Shown here piece by piece: positions 40,354 through 41,246 of a stretch of DNA of 41,246 nt. The DNA lies in IMG/VR virus record IMGVR_UViG_3300016672_000074, positions 1-41,246 of that record; one strand, 5' to 3'. A program made the translations under genes and the position numbers. Each line of letters starts with the position of its first letter. Positions within the stretch are counted from its first letter, which is position 1. The notes under the pieces are model-generated. The model did no database searches. It was given only the letters and a program-made list of their open reading frames with translations, and was not told the origin of the DNA. This DNA is from a virus. Its lineage: Duplodnaviria; Caudoviricetes.

Positions 40354-41122
40354 CGTGAATGTGGGTGCCGTTGATTGACCGCTTAAGCTGCGCCCAGAAC
40401 CCCTCAACGGTGTTCACGGTCGCGCCGGTGTTGCGGTTCACATACTCGCCCTTGGAGTGGTTCACGGTCTTGTGCCGGTAGTTGTTCCACATGGCGACCT
40501 CACGATAGCCGTGCAGCTCGTCCGTGTGGATATGGGTATGCGGCTTCACGTGGTTGATGATGTGCGGGACTAGCGAGACGGTCTTGCGATCCTGCACGAT
40601 ACGAGTGGTGATGCGGCCATGGCGCTCTTGCATCCCCATGACGATGGTTTTGCCCTTGCCGCCGAAGCCACCCTTGTCATAGCCGCCGATGAAAGTTTCA
40701 TCAACTTCCACGACCTTGAACGGCCCGCCCATAGGCTCGTCACCATCCACGATTGCCATATACTTGCGGACTTCATGGCACATGCGCCACGCGGTCTTAT
40801 AGGTCACGCCGATCTGGCGCTCGACTTCCTTCGCCGCCACGCCGTTGCGGGTCGAGCAGAACAGAAACATCACAAAGAACCAGTCACGCAGGCTTGTGCG
40901 GGTCGCATGGAACGGGGTTCCGGCGGTCGGGTAGACCTGATGCCCGCAATACTCGCAGCCGTAGGAACGGCGCTTGGCGATCCGGTAGAACTTGGCCGAC
41001 TTGCCGCACTTCTCGCAATCGTGACGCTCGCCGAAGCGCACCAGCTTGAGGTGTTCAAGGCAGCTTTCTTCCGTAGGGAAGCGGTCTTGGAATTGGCGAA
41101 GGGTGGGGGCTTTCTGCGTCAT
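40244..41122 (-). CDS. tnp: IS1595-family DDE transposase
   Basis: Zn ribbon CEKC...CEYC, HTH GVTYKTAWRM, catalytic VEVDETFIGG, IHTDE, NTVEGFW, YLGEFEFRHNRR. Confidence 0.95.
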   Translation of the reverse strand: MTQKAPTLRQFQDRFPTEESCLEHLKLVRFGERHDCEKCGKSAKFYRIAKRRSYGCEYCGHQVYPTAGTPFHATRTSLRDWFFVMFLFCSTRNGVAAKEVERQIGVTYKTAWRMCHEVRKYMAIVDGDEPMGGPFKVVEVDETFIGGYDKGGFGGKGKTIVMGMQERHGRITTRIVQDRKTVSLVPHIINHVKPHTHIHTDELHGYREVAMWNNYRHKTVNHSKGEYVNRNTGATVNTVEGFWAQLKRSINGTHIHVSQKHLPKYLGEFEFRHNRRDRPATMLTELLVSFPR

Positions 41123-41246
41123 AGGAATTGTATGCCACAAAGCCCTACGTGTCGCAAGGGGATAATAGCCACAAGGGGCTTGAGGAAGCTGGCCACACCG
41201 GGCCGCAAGAGGTGCTGATAATGACCGAGCGTTTCGGCGTTTGGCC

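Larger units (their letters stand above)
39486..41170 (-). mobile_element. IS1595-family insertion sequence with passenger genes (ISNwi1-like ends)
   Basis: 25-bp terminal inverted repeats GGCTATTATCCCCTAGGAGCACGTA (39486-39510) and GGCTATTATCCCCTTGCGACACGTA (reverse of 41146-41170), 21/25 identical, enclosing a transposase. Confidence 0.9.

Noticed and set aside
1-41246. tRNA, rRNA, integrase/att sites and lysis genes
   Set aside because: None recognised by eye; a tRNA or covariance scan was not run, so small RNAs could be missed.

Overview
The window has three parts. (1) Positions 1-~1654 are a bacterial, Pseudomonas-like fragment: the 3' part of a multi-haem cytochrome c gene and an XdhC-family gene that breaks off mid-domain. 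(2) From ~1654 to 39485 lies about 38 kb of a podovirus-type phage with a BPP-1/epsilon15-like virion module, probably from an alphaproteobacterial (Sphingomonadales-like) host; the host is an inference. The long minus-strand operon runs: Cro-like gene, YfdP/YfdQ-like pair, Ref-like nuclease, lambda-O-like initiator with internal iterons, small accessory genes including a DfrB/R67-fold protein, terS, terL, portal, scaffold, capsid, cement protein, tail tube A, split tail tube B, internal virion proteins and a giant polyvalent ejection protein cut off at the left junction. The divergent plus-strand early arm holds DUF932, RecE-like exonuclease, HNH-AP2, a stand-alone AP2 and ERF genes. (3) Positions 39486-41170 are an IS1595-family element carrying cargo genes, inserted into an HNH gene. 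The strongest leads are a twice-occurring two-hairpin RNA leader with compensatory base changes, a DfrB-like gene between 14-bp direct repeats, the modular polyvalent ejection protein, the split tail tube gene with a poly-Pro/poly-Gly insert, and a virion gene that appears to start at ATC. All family calls come from recalled motifs and gene order; no database search was run.
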